Positions 52,301-64,000 of a stretch of DNA of 64,000 bases are shown piece after piece. Made by a program: the position numbers and the translations under genes. The stretch is taken from assembly GCA_030704615.1 (NCBI GenBank), contig CM060733.1:32612001-32676000 (forward strand), in the 5' to 3' direction. The DNA is from Takakia lepidozioides (taxonomy: Eukaryota; Plantae; Bryophyta). The notes under the pieces were generated by a model, which was not told the origin of the DNA, searched no databases, and saw only the letters and a program-made list of their open reading frames with translations. How positions within the stretch are numbered: the first letter of the stretch is position 1; every line of letters starts with the position of its first letter.

Positions 52301-52900
52301 GATAATGAAGCCCCCTCCCCCCGCAATTTGGCCTGTGAAAATTGGGACATCGCTGTCCTCAACCGAGATAAGCATGCTGGAGGAGGGAGGGTTTTGTCTT
52401 GCACGGTCCCGGGTGGTGCCCTTATGCACTGTCGGCACAGATGTGCCACATGCTCCGACAATGCCTCCACCCGGTGCCGACTCCCACCCAACAAAAAGAG
52501 ATGGAAAAACAGTGCGCCGTGTTGCTTCGGGTGCAGATCACGAATGCAAGATGGAATCGGCTAGAATTTTGCAGGCTCGGTGGGTGACTCGTATCACCGA
52601 AGTCCCTTCCCGGGGTATGGACGGATTTACACAGTGCTGTCAATTGGCTCAGTTCTTCATGCCAAAGAATATCAGGTTACCATCGGGAATTTCCCTTCGT
52701 GCACTTGTCCGGATTTTGTAACGATGCGTGAGGGCGCTCTCGGCATGAGAGGGAAGTGGGTCCCCTGCAAGCATCATATTACATATACCTTGTAATTATG
52801 TGTTGCGACGGTAAGAGAGACCAATTCATTCACCAAGCCACACTAGGCTACGGAGAAGTCATCACCCTTCTGCAGCGGGACACCTCGCGTAGAGCTCCGC
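49366..52900 (+). pseudogene. MULE transposase (GCM-like Zn finger - DDE - SWIM), copy B, frameshifted
   Basis: GMDKKHDGHPWCRTK, RACIHMGAHEHP, WLMFDH, GFMADSAQAN, CLFHW and CNLAETVH. SWIM FPSCTCPDF...PCKH. Intron 51367-51503 is at the same position as in copy C. Confidence 0.88.
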
Positions 52901-53336
52901 CAACTTCTCTCTTTGAACACATACGAGCCATGCCCGCTTCCCATGCTGGTTTCCAGGTTGCCGTGTGAAGACTTTTCATTTTATGACAAACATATACATT
53001 TCGTTCACGGAACCAGGGCAAATGCACTTGCGATTCATTGTAAGCGTCTCTCTGTGAATTGAAATAAACTGTGTCAATCATTCTGAGCTCAAATCTGCCA
53101 TATTTACATATTCATCTTTTTTGGCACGCATTGCAGACATGGTGCATGGTGGCCTCCTTTGTTTTGTCCACGGTAATAGGCCCTCTTCCTGCAATCCTCG
53201 CCTATAGGACCTGCTTCTCCAGCAGATTCATGCCGCTCACGCTTCCCTGAAGCGTGAGCTCAGCTCACGCTTCAAAGCTTGAACGTGAGCTCAGCTCCCA
53301 GGCTCACGGGGCTGGGCTCACGCCGTAGCTACGCTG

Positions 53337-54110
53337 GCTTCTCATTGTGGTGGCAAAGAGACGATTCTTTAAGCTCTTCCTCAACATCATGCAATGCAAA
53401 GCGGGCTTCACCCCTTCGCACATCATTTGCTCATAGGTCTCCAAAGCCTCCATCCCGCGCCCTTGCTGTGCATATCCTGCAATCATCGCACTCCACGACA
53501 ACACATCTTGTTCAGCCATACCGTTGAACACTCCCTTCATACATGTCCACGAGGGTATTGTTCAGAATGACATTTGATACAATTGCAAATCTGACAATGT
53601 CGCCATGGACCTCTTTGCCCTTTTCCAGAGCTGACAGGCTTGCACACACATTGCAAATGTACACAAACGTGATGTGGTCGGGCTTCACCCCTTCCCCCAT
53701 CATTTGATCATAGGTCTCCAAAGCCTCCATACCACGTCCCTGCTGTGCATACCCTGCAAGCACCGCACTCCACGACACCACACCTCGTTCAACCATGGAA
53801 ACTCCCTTCGCATCCTTAATGCACCCACATTTGGCATACATGTCCACCAGGGGAGTGTTCAGAATGACATCTGGTACAATTCCAGCTTTGACAATGTCAC
53901 CATGGACCTCTTTCCCCTTTTCCAGAGCTCGCAGGCTTGGACACGCATTGCATCCTGCCAACATTATATTCCACGTGATCAAAGATTGTTGAGGCATTCT
54001 GTTGAACACTTGGTGAGCATCAATGATGCTCCCACACATAACATACATGTTGACAAGGGTGTTGAGTAGAAAAACATTGTGGACTCCCTCTCTTGATCCT
54101 CTTTCAGAAG
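53337..54110 (-). pseudogene. PLS-class PPR-DYW pseudogene, N-terminal part
   Basis: NVFLLNTLVNMYVMCG, LVDMYAKCG, VVSWSAVLAGYAQQG and LHDVEEELKESSLCHHNEK. Internal deletions. Confidence 0.9.
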
Positions 54111-54174
54111 CTGTGGTCATGGTTGAGGTGCACCTATTCTGAGGCGGCCTGTCCGGGGGCGGCATTTCCAGCTA

Positions 54175-55745
54175 CATACGGATTGGAGTATGCTGGGAAT
54201 TAGAGCAGTGCTCACACATGTGGATGATGAGGGAAGAGAATTCGTAGTGGCATATGCTAGCCGCTTGAACAATAATGCTGAGGTGAAGGGTAGCTCATAT
54301 GAATGGGAGTGTCTAGCTGCAGTATGGGCAGTGGCCAGATGCTACCTCTATGGCAATCTCTTCACCCTTGTCATGGATCACTAACCATTGAAGTGGTTGA
54401 TGGAGTCAGACAAGCTTATATGGAAGCTTGCACAGTGGATACTTATGCTGCAAGCGTACGACTTCTAGGTGGTGCATCGAGCCAGAATAGTCAACCGGGA
54501 TGCGGATGGATTGAGTTGTAATCCACGCACAAGTGAGCTTGATGATACAGGAGTTCGTTGGCATGGTGAGACGGATGAGGAGATGGTGCCAGGATGGCAC
54601 GCATATTCTGCCTTTTTGTGCATTCTAGCAATGGGAGCTCAAGCTGGTCCACCCCAAGGGATTGGTCATGGAGATAGTGTGCATGACGATCTAGAGATCA
54701 GTGAGAAGCTTGGTGGTGCTAAGGATGTGCATGAAGATGCAGTAGTGTTGGCCTATATATCTTCGTGCCGGAGAGAGAACAGCCAGTGTGACTGCGAAGG
54801 AGAGAGATCGGATCCTACAACGAGCCAAGATGTTCAAGTGGGAGGGGACTCACTTACTCCGTGTATGGGAGGATGGACGAGTGAGGACTGTGCCTCATCC
54901 AGCACATTGAGCGCGATTGGTACGCCATGCCCATGAGGAGTTGGGACATTTTGGGGAGCGATGCACTCATAATTTGCTGCAAGGGCAATACTGGTGGCGG
55001 GGCATGCACACGGATGTGCTGTAGTTAGTGGCAAGGTGCATTGTGTGTAATAGGGTGCGTGCTTCCTTCAATGCACCTATTCTAGAATTGCATCATTTAC
55101 CCATTATGGGTTTGGGCTATCGTTTGAGTCTTGACTTCGCAGGCCCATTGCCACTAACGATTCGCCATAACAAATGTGTGCAGGTGATGGTGGAACACTT
55201 CTCCAAATGGATTGAACTGGTAGCATTGCCTGACAAGGCAAGTGAGGGGGCTGCCTATGCATTCTTAGATCGACCTCTTAGCCGATTCGGTGCTCCAGCC
55301 GAGGTACTCACGGACTAGGGGAGAGAGTTCTTGGGGGAGTTTCGGGGAGCAAGCCTTGATAAACCACCACACTACTTCTCGGGATCATCCCGAGGCTGAT
55401 GGCTTGGCGGAGAGAGTTGTTCAAACAGTCAAGAGAGGCTTGTGCAAGTATGGCTTGCAGAAGAGACACTTAGATGATTGAGACCTTCAGCTACCTTGGT
55501 TGGCCATGGGCTACAGGTTTAGTAAGCAAGCATCACTTGCCTCGTTCTCACCTTATTTTCTTCTCTTCGGCCGACAGCCAGATTTGCCTGCATCTACTCG
55601 TAGGGAGGTTGCAGTAGTCCTCAACCTTGATGATCCGGATGTATGGACACATGCATGTGACCAGCGGGCGGAGTTGTTCAAGAGAGTCATGTCTATGGCT
55701 TTGAGAACCTTGCTATTGCCCAACACCGAGACACATTGAGGTATG
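54175..55745 (+). mobile_element. Degenerate Ty3/Gypsy pol fragment (RNase H - integrase)
   Basis: VVAYASR..ECLAAVWAV..DH*PL..NRDADGLS. HEELGHFG..CIVC. LDFAGPLP, VLTD*G.EF and DGLAERVVQTVK. Confidence 0.9.
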
Positions 55746-55749
55746 TGAC

Positions 55750-56815
55750 CTTTTAAGCTTAACTTTCTCGAAGAAGTATTTAGACATCTTCTCACCTTTA
55801 GCCGACCAGTTGATACTAGCTTGCATTCACATTTTCTGCTCTTGCATGAGCTGGAACTTGTCGAGGTTTTGACGGGCTTCCAGGTAAGTATGGAAGGTAT
55901 GGTCATCGCAGGTATTGTTTTCTATTTGTTTCTAACATACTGCCAGGCATTTCTTGAGGGCCAGAATGCGTTTCTTCTGCAGATATATCTCGACTCATGT
56001 TCTGGCTCGCCTTACTAGCAACTTGAAGTTTGAGGGTAAATTTGAGAATAGGGCAAGCTATATCGTTGGCTGTTTGTTTCCATGCTAGTTCCAAGCCTAA
56101 CTAGAAAGAGGGGATGAGGAGATGTGAAGTATTGAGCTTGTAGATACCTCTACCTCTCCTACTTTCATAGGGCATGGAGAGAGAGGTTGAAACGATGGCA
56201 TGATCGAACCCTTGAGCTATGGGTTCTTGCGGGTGACGACTAGCCCCATTAGAGATTGAGATTGAGATGTATATTCTGTCTAATCTAGCCATGCAGAGGT
56301 CCTGGAGGGTGCGGTTGTTTGTCCAAGTGAAGAAAGGGTTATTCCTTCCTGGGTGGCTGGAGTTTGAGTCAATCTTTGACGCTATGAGTTTGGAGAAGAG
56401 AGATCCAAGGCCCCGCCTATCTTGGTTGCTGTCCACCATATTGAAATCTCCAACTAAAACCCAAGAGTGGGCAATTGGTTGTGAGGACATTTTTTGGTTG
56501 ATGATCCAGAGGTCGGCGCGTTCTAACTACGAATTCGGAGCGTATATGTTAACAAAACCTAGAGGGTTAGATTGGCTAGGAAGTTTGAGAGAGCAGAACT
56601 GGACCCGGCCTGGCTCCCAAACTTCTTCCTGAGGATGAATTGAACTAGGGAGGATGGGAGGATGGCGGTACCCCCCCTTGAACCGGCATGGAAGGTTTCT
56701 AGAGGGCAGCAGATGCTGGCCAGAGTTGATCGGAGATGTTAGAGATTTTTCGTTGGTAGATTTGATTTTTTTGGAGTTTGCTTGGTCGGAGCCAATCCCC
56801 CTAATGTTCCACGAG
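55750..56815 (-). mobile_element. Degenerate L1-like LINE, APE endonuclease region
   Basis: SWNIRG, VNIYAPN, WVLVGDFNMV, FTWTN..RLDRIYIS, DHAIV and YKLNTSHL. Confidence 0.85.
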
Positions 56816-57635
56816 TGAATCTAATGTTCCACGACCAATTTATAAATCAATTGAGCTGGACCGAACCGTGCTGCAAATTCCCCATCTTTTCGTTGCATAG
56901 ATAATATTCTTTTATTTGATACCGGGAAATGCTTCAGTTTCTACTTGTTTCATATGTGCAGGATGTACTTATACATTATGCTTGCTTCACTTTTTGCTTG
57001 TTTCATAGGTGCATGATATTCTTCAATTTTCGGTACTCTACCCGAGTTGATATAGTAGCTAGTATGAGCAATTGCATACCATTGTTAATATTGGTCTTTC
57101 AAATTTGCTTGACGTCCATTAACGATAGCCTACAGGTATTGGAATCCAGTTTTTTCTTATGTATTGGAAATGAGCACACATGCAAAAAGTTTATACTATC
57201 AGGACCCTCATAATATCACGAAAAGACCATACCAAACCAACACTGGTGTAAATCAAGTTCCCTATAGATTCCCACCTCTTTGTCCAGGATAATCTTTTCC
57301 TTTAAAAAAAAAGAAACTTGAGCGACTATCCACAACTCAGGCCCTTTTTCCCGGTATCTAAGAAACTATTATCTATTTTTTCTTTTAACTAAAGATTATC
57401 ATGCAAACGAATAGTTGTCAATAACATACAAACAACCAATATCAACTCCAAACTTGAAAAATATGTAACAATATGTTCTTCATATAGTCCAAAATATGAG
57501 ACATGATGTACATGAGGTCCGATGTACCTAAAATGTAGCTCTCATGAGTCAACTAGTATGAAACACCATGAACTAATTTCATACACCAAGTGAATTGAAA
57601 CATCTGCAAAACAGCACAATAACCCACAAATAGAA

Positions 57636-58034
57636 GGCTTCTCATTGTTGAATAATTGGGTCTTTAAGGCCCACGTGTGCGCCAGGCAGCGGGCCCCACG
57701 CACGGATGCGGGGTCGCCTCTGGTCCCGCCCTCAGACCCGGCAGCCGTGCGGGGTCTGCTGGCCCCTGACCCTGCGAGGGTCTGATGATCTTTTTTACGG
57801 GTGAGTTTCCCCGGAAAAGTTTCTAAGTCCCGAGAGGGCGGGGCGGTCTGCGGCAGGTCTGCGGTGGACCTTACATTGGATTGGACGCGAGCAGAACCGG
57901 ACCCGCCGTTGGACGCGAGCATACCCACCGGGTGGTTGCGGGCGAAGTCGGGGGCAACCCGATGTTTGTGCGTCTGTGCGTTGCCTGGCCCACATGTGAG
58001 ACGTAAACTCCCAATTATTCAAAAATGAGAGGCC
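57636..58034. mobile_element. MITE-like element
   Basis: ~55-bp imperfect TIR (ggc.tctcatt.ttgaataattggg...gccaggca). Flanking duplication AATAGAA(G). GC-rich interior. Confidence 0.7.
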
Positions 58035-58920
58035 AATAGAAGTAGTGTTGGCATGATTAAATAAAACACAAGCATATAAAAAATGATTCAAGACATCCAG
58101 ATTCAGCAACAATAGCATATTATGGAGAATATGGATCAACCTAAGTGCTAATCCATATCATTCATTGCACTTTGCAAAGAGTATGGCTTCTACAATGAGC
58201 TGGTCCTCGTTGTCTTCAACTAGTGTGTCCACTTCAACAAAAATGTCATTCAATTTTCCTACTTCAACTAATTTGTAACCAACAGCATCATTGGTCACAT
58301 TCTTTGCAAATAGGGTATAAAGAGACAATTTACAATTCTAAGCAAAGATCCTCACAAATGTAACACGCCCTAAATTGCATTCCCTATCCACGATCAAATC
58401 CCCACCCTTGTCTTGTCTAGCTGCCCTTGCCTTTTACACCCCTCTGCCCCCTCCAAGATCCCACTCCATGATCTTGTCCCTGCTTCCATGTTCCCAGTCC
58501 ACTGATTTCCTGCTCTGCCGCTCCCCGTTCCTACTACTCGTTCCCCCATTCCTCCCCGCACATAGATCAAGAACCAGGAACAAAACAAAGGTGCAAAAAT
58601 AGGGGAGCGGGAATAGAGGACGGGAATAGAGGACGGGATATGTGCGGGAGGCAAGGAACAGGAGCAAGAGAGTGAGAATAGGGGACCGGTCACCGGAGTG
58701 AGGATGGGCCATTTCATGGACTTCGAATTATTCTGGAGATGAATTTTTTTTATCCTACCATTTAATTCCATTCAACAAATCATGAAAACATTACAAGTTT
58801 TGAATCTCGCACCACGACATCATAAAGTCAAAAAAAAAAAAAAAGAGTGAATGAAGCCAACCACTATGCTACCCGCGGGACGTTTTGTTGGCTCTCGTTT
58901 GTAGAAGAGAGACTATGCAT

Positions 58921-59845
58921 CAGTGTTTTTTAATCTGGCGAAAAATTGCCAGATTTCAACCTAGAAAATGGGTCAGCTACTTTTACTAAGGAATTACGGG
59001 AGTAAAAATTAAAAAAATTGCAGAAAGCGCCAATGGTCAAATATCAGGAGCCAGATTTGTCCTACATGGACCTGTTAAAATATGACACCTGTAATATAGC
59101 CAATTTTCTAACTAGGTCACCTCCTTAGTCTCGCCATATGGGCACTGGGTAGAATTCAGTGTTGGTCTGGTATCTGGGTTTCGCCAGGTATCAACCTGGG
59201 TCTTTCCTAACCTAACCTACTGTTCTCTGTTCCCGTAAACATTTGTAGTACCCTACTAGAAGGTTCTCGAGTTCCCCGGCGGCCCCCCAAACCCTACCAG
59301 GCGGCGGTTCGGGTTCTCCTTTGACTCGTCGCTGCAGGTCTGTTCGGGTATCATATTAATATGCACATATGTATAGACATTATGGATGCAGGGTTTCATG
59401 TATTTATGAGCACCTCTTTATGACCTTCATTTTGCGAGACACTATGGATGCAATTCTGATTCATTGTATAATTGTATGGGGGTTGGTATCCTATGAAATG
59501 AGCAAGTTCAGTTCAGATGGCCATTTCAATATTGAATTTGAATTTGAATACTAGTACCATTTTTATTTTTTAAATACCATATTCGAGTTCATATTTCTAG
59601 GTTATTGACATTCAGATACCACTGCTCATATCTGGATTGATTTTCTTAACAAACCACTCTATGCATACCAGATTCATACCTGAAAAAATCAGGGGATGCA
59701 TTATTGGAAAACCTACCTGCCTTAAGAAAATCAGCACTGCATACCAGGACCCTTCTGGTATTTCCAATTCAAGATACCAGACCAACACTGGTAGAAGCTA
59801 CAGTCGCCCTGCCTGCGAATTTGGAAAAGTGAAAAAAAAACACTG
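58921..59845. mobile_element. Non-autonomous hAT-type element
   Basis: TIR CAGTGTTTTTT / AAAAAACACTG. 8-bp TSD CTATGCAT (58913-58920 and 59846-59853). Confidence 0.85.
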
Positions 59846-60269
59846 CTATGCATCAAGTTGAAGTCAACGGAGAAAATGTGGTCAAAGAACCTTACACTGC
59901 GTCAATGCTCCGATTGGTGTGCTTTGCTGAGTCATGCGCCTTAGTCTCACCTGCCCCCTTATGTTTTGCCAAAGCAAGGAGAGCCTATTGCCTAGCTTGG
60001 GGCAAGGCGGCAGCAGGAAAGTGGTGGGGATTTGACTGGGGTAGTCCGTTCTGGTTGACCATACATTCAACCCAGCCTATGTGAGTCTAGTGTCTTTACA
60101 GCCAACGGTTTGATGGCTGTCTTGTAGAGAGAGACTTTGTGGAGACATGCAAGTCAATGGAGAAAATGTGGTCAAAGTAAAGTGACCCCATTCAGGTTGC
60201 TTGGGAACTTAAGGGTTAAGCCTCCCTTTTTTATTAGCTCCTACCTCACAAAAGGAAAATGAAACCAAC

Positions 60270-60345
60270 ATTCAGTAGCTCAGTTGGTTAATTGCACTCA
60301 GTGCCACCCTGATGACTCTGGGGTCAAATCCTGCTACTTGATGGG
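60270..60345 (+). mobile_element. tRNA-derived SINE-like head
   Basis: A box TAGCTCAGTTGG (60276-60287) and B-box-like GGGTCAAATCC (60321-60331). No convincing acceptor or anticodon stems. Confidence 0.45.
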
Positions 60346-62713
60346 TGTGGTACTTCTTCCCCTTCCCTGGGCGGTGTCCCATTTCTACGCCTCCATGGCG
60401 CGGTTATTGTGAAAGAGGTTATTTTCTCCTCTCATTATTAAGGGGCCTTTTAAAAAAGAAAAAAGAAAAAATGAAGGCATTTTTCTCCAGGTTTTTTGCC
60501 AAAACAGGAGAGGTTGTGGCCAGCAAATCCGTACGACTGCCATCGTGGACCTGTCAAAATATGCCACCTGTCATTTAGCAACCTTTGTAGAAGTTCAGCT
60601 CGTTTTTCTCCCCAACCTGGGGCGCTGGGTAGAATATACACAGGTGGCCGCTTGCACAACTTCTGAACAATTTTTGAACAATGAGGGGAAAAACCTCTGC
60701 TTGCAGCACCTGAGTAATATGAATGAGATCATTTCTGAAAATTCTGGATAATCTTTATCAGGGAAGTTTCCCTCTAAGCTTTAGCTTGTTTTCTGTCTTC
60801 TGGTGAGGGGGTAGTTTTCCCACGGTAAGCCTCCACGGCCTCCTGGTGGTTATTTTTTCCACCGAACAATGTTTGTACTCTTTGGACTTCTTTGAGTTAA
60901 AGTTGAACAATGTTTGTACTCTTTGGACTTCTTTGAGTTAAAGTTAATCGAGGCCACCTTTCCCCCTTCTGTTGAATTTTTTTTTTTTCCCTGAAAATTA
61001 CTTTTGCCTCCTCAAAGTCTTCGCATTGACTGTCTCAATTCCACATTTTTCTTGGCCAATAATGATATGGCTATGGTGTGGAAGGTGCCCTGGAAATCTG
61101 GTTGTCTTCTTTTACCGATCAACACCTCAGACCTACCGTGCACCACCAGCAAAGAAAATAAAAAGAAAAACGAAAAATCTACCACATCTACCTGGCAATA
61201 CCGTCTACCATCTGTTTTTTATATTTCATATTTTATGGACGACCATTTTTACATTTGATTTTGGTTACATCTTTAAAAAAACTTTTAATAAAGAGAACAG
61301 GGGATAGTAGCCCTGGGAAGGCTCTATTACAGAGAGAGACTTTGCAACATGTTCAAGTCAACAGTGAAAATGTGGTCAAAGGACCTTACACCGTGTCAAA
61401 GCGATTCGTCCGATTGTGCTGAGTCATGCCCCTTAAGGTACTTCTTCTGTTTTGCCAAAGCAAGAGAGCCCATCGCCATTTTAGGCTTGTTAAAAAGGAG
61501 AAGTAGGAGGAAAAAATAACCTGAGTCCGCGGGTACATCTTAATCTCTAAATCTTTTGTTTTTCTGTATCTATTTATTTTTGTTTCTCTGAAGGAGCCCC
61601 AGCCCCAAGGCAGACGGAACGTCCACAGGGGATTGACCCCCAAACCTACAGGCCGATGACAGGGTCAAGAAAATAATAATTATCTGTTTATAATGATAGA
61701 TGCATAAATATGTTCCCTATGTTCCCTATGTTCCCTAATGTGTTTCCCTTTTCCCAAAAGCAAAAAGCAAAAGCTGTTATTATAATGTTTACTCCCTATT
61801 TCGTCGTATTTACTAATTGAACCCTACGTGGAAACATTTATCCAGGTCTGACTCAGGTATGTAGAGGGAGAGATTTGCTTTTCTTCATTTATTTATTTGT
61901 TCATTCAGGGACCCATCAACTGGGCCTTGAGGGGGAAAATAAATCTCCTTTGGGCGCCATAGAAGGCGAACAGGGGAGCCAGAAGGCAGCACACAGGGGT
62001 TTGAACCCCAACCCACCGGCCAATGCACAGAATGTCTACCAACGTTGTGCTGTTTTTATCATTATCGGGAAAAACAAAATAAGTATTTAAAACTTTTTTG
62101 GAAAAAAGAATAGAATAGAATAGGAAAAAAAAGAATAGAAATGAAATAGGGTGGCACCGCGCGGCCAAGCGGGAATAAAGATAGGAACGAGAAAAAAAAA
62201 GAAAAGAAAAGATAGGAACGAGAGGCTGTGAGGTGGCAAAAAGGTAATATTCGCAGAAAAAGGGTGCGCAGAGCTCTCCTTCCGCGCCTACTTCCATGGC
62301 TTGCTGCGCAGGGCTTACAATCAATGCCCGCCCTACCTCGCACTCCGTTTCCCTGCTGCATCGACAGTCTGTGAGGACGACGAGGTTACTTAGCTGGAGT
62401 TGTGATTGTCCCGTGTTGTGCCGTATGTTTCTCGGAAGTATCTGTGTGTTGTAGGAGTTGGTGTGTGAGAGTGTTGTGTCGGCGCCGTTGGCTTGCTGGT
62501 CTGGAGACGTATAAAAGAGACCAACGGATGCGAGGCATTATTTTAGGTTGAAAGCTCGTCTTGCTTGGTGCGGAGAAAAGTTTGGTTCGGAGGGAGAACA
62601 TGTATGTGTGTGCTTTGGACAATTGTCTCCCTGAAGTGGTGATACTGTAGTTTTCAACTCCGCATTTGGGAGCTGCTTACAACAAGCTTGCACTAGGTGC
62701 AGTGCCGGTGACG

Positions 62714-63223
62714 ATGGGAAACACTGCAGTGAGCAGAAACAAGGGGGACAGGGAGGGTGTGACTGTTTTGAAAGCAGATGGGGAAGTTCTTACATTCTAC
62801 CAGACAATTCGCGTGGCGGATTTGATGATCGGCTTCCCCAACCATTTTGTTTGCCACTCCAGTGACCTGATTCTCCTGCATCAGGGAAAGATTTTACCGC
62901 GTCACACGGTTTTAACTCCCGAGGAGATCTACTTCCTTCTTCCTCTGCCAGGTTGTCAGCAAACGTATGAGGCGTCTTCAGACGATGCTGAGACTTCTTC
63001 CTTGTTGCAAGTAGATTCTCCATCTCGGGCGTCACAAAAGCCTAGGAGCATGAAGTTTGTCATTTCCAAAGAGCAATTTGCAAAGATTATTGCAGAAGGC
63101 TCCTTAAAAGACAAGAATGTATCTAGCGTAAAGAGAGCGAACGCTCAGACCACTCCATCAGCTAAGAGACCGGTGATGTGGCAGCCAGGACTTGCAAGCA
63201 TCGCAGAAGTTATCGCCAAATAA
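62714..63223 (+). CDS. PADRE / DUF4228 family protein (169 aa, single exon)
   Basis: MGN start; VLKADGEVLTF..IRVADLM..FPNHFVCHS; LTPEEIYFLLP; C-terminal WQPGLASIAE. Confidence 0.88.
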   Translation: MGNTAVSRNKGDREGVTVLKADGEVLTFYQTIRVADLMIGFPNHFVCHSSDLILLHQGKILPRHTVLTPEEIYFLLPLPGCQQTYEASSDDAETSSLLQVDSPSRASQKPRSMKFVISKEQFAKIIAEGSLKDKNVSSVKRANAQTTPSAKRPVMWQPGLASIAEVIAK

Positions 63224-64000
63224 GTATAAACCGGCTAGAGATTTTGGAGCTCCAAACGGTAATCTTCATTGAGTCCTGGTCATGTCTTTCCTTTCCGTAA
63301 TATGTGGAGTGTCTTTCTTTCAAGTGCTGGACATTTGGAGCTTGGATGACTGTCAAACCTTTCCTGAGAGTTTATCTGGCAACATCACTTTTCATTGCTG
63401 GTTCTTGGCCATTGATACCAGTACCATGTTCTACCTTCGCGTTATTGTACATATGCAGGCCGTGCTCTAGACTTTGTAGATAGTTCTCTAATCTTACTCC
63501 CTGGCCGTGCATTGAACTTATGTATCTGTTTTCCTGGTTTGCAGAAATTATTCTCGGGAAGGAGATATTTGAGGAGCAAATGTTAGGTACCAACTGTGTA
63601 CATTATTTGAACTCCCGCCCTTTTCTGGCGAGCATGTTTTGGCATTGATGTTTTGGTGGAAAGTGTACAGCCGGGCGGCATACATAGTGTAAAATTCACA
63701 GTCTGTTCATGTGCAGAACCAAGATTTTTGGTTTCAAGCACTGTTACCGAAGTTTAGATCTATAGAACTCCCACAAACGATTGGGATACCACCAGTAGCC
63801 CCTTACTAAACAGGATGGGCAAGGTGTTTTGCATTACATAACTTGTACAATCTCAGACAGTAGCTTTGCAATAGATTGTCAGCCAGGATGCTCAAGAAAT
63901 CATGCTGCAACCGTACACACGGGATGTGTTCAAGCTCCTCCAGGTTGTAATCAGAAGCTCGTCTATTTGATGGAACTGCAACTTTCAAATTATATCAGGT

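Larger units (their letters stand above)
42100..53336. mobile_element. Mutator-like element B with both ends (11.2 kb), carrying a ParB-methyltransferase cargo gene and a palindrome array
   Basis: 9-bp TSD GCTTCTCAT at 42091-42099 and 53337-53345. Removing the element restores CHHNEKLAIAF. Imperfect ~35-bp TIR (GCTAnnnCGTGAGCC..CGTGAGCC) with clustered CGTGAGC/GCTCACG motifs. Confidence 0.92.

Noticed and set aside
60270-60345. Functional tRNA gene
   Set aside because: A and B boxes only, with no proper cloverleaf. Treated as SINE-like.

Overview
Eukaryotic land-plant (bryophyte-like; inference) genomic DNA. Host genes lie at the edges: a partial JTB-like gene, a cytosolic HSP70 and a PADRE/DUF4228 gene. 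Between them is ~50 kb of nested, mostly decayed transposons (pogo-like, Ty3/Gypsy, CACTA, two LINE types, hAT/MITE, SINE-like) and captured gene fragments (PLS/DYW-PPR, OSB-type PDF motifs, TruA, glycolate oxidase, PAS). The main observation is a Mutator-like (MULE) family. One copy is bounded at both ends (42100-53336, 9-bp TSD GCTTCTCAT) and several are partial. It pairs a GCM-like Zn finger-DDE-SWIM transposase with a divergent, spliced cargo gene. That gene fuses an N-terminal ParB/Srx-like domain to a C-terminal beta-class N4C/N6A DNA amino-methyltransferase-like domain. The two genes are separated by 11 tandem copies of a ~40-bp palindrome. A second, unrelated element appears to have inserted twice, in opposite orientations, at the same site of this cargo gene. 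All TE ORFs here carry frameshifts or stops. Domain calls come from motif recognition by eye, not from database searches.
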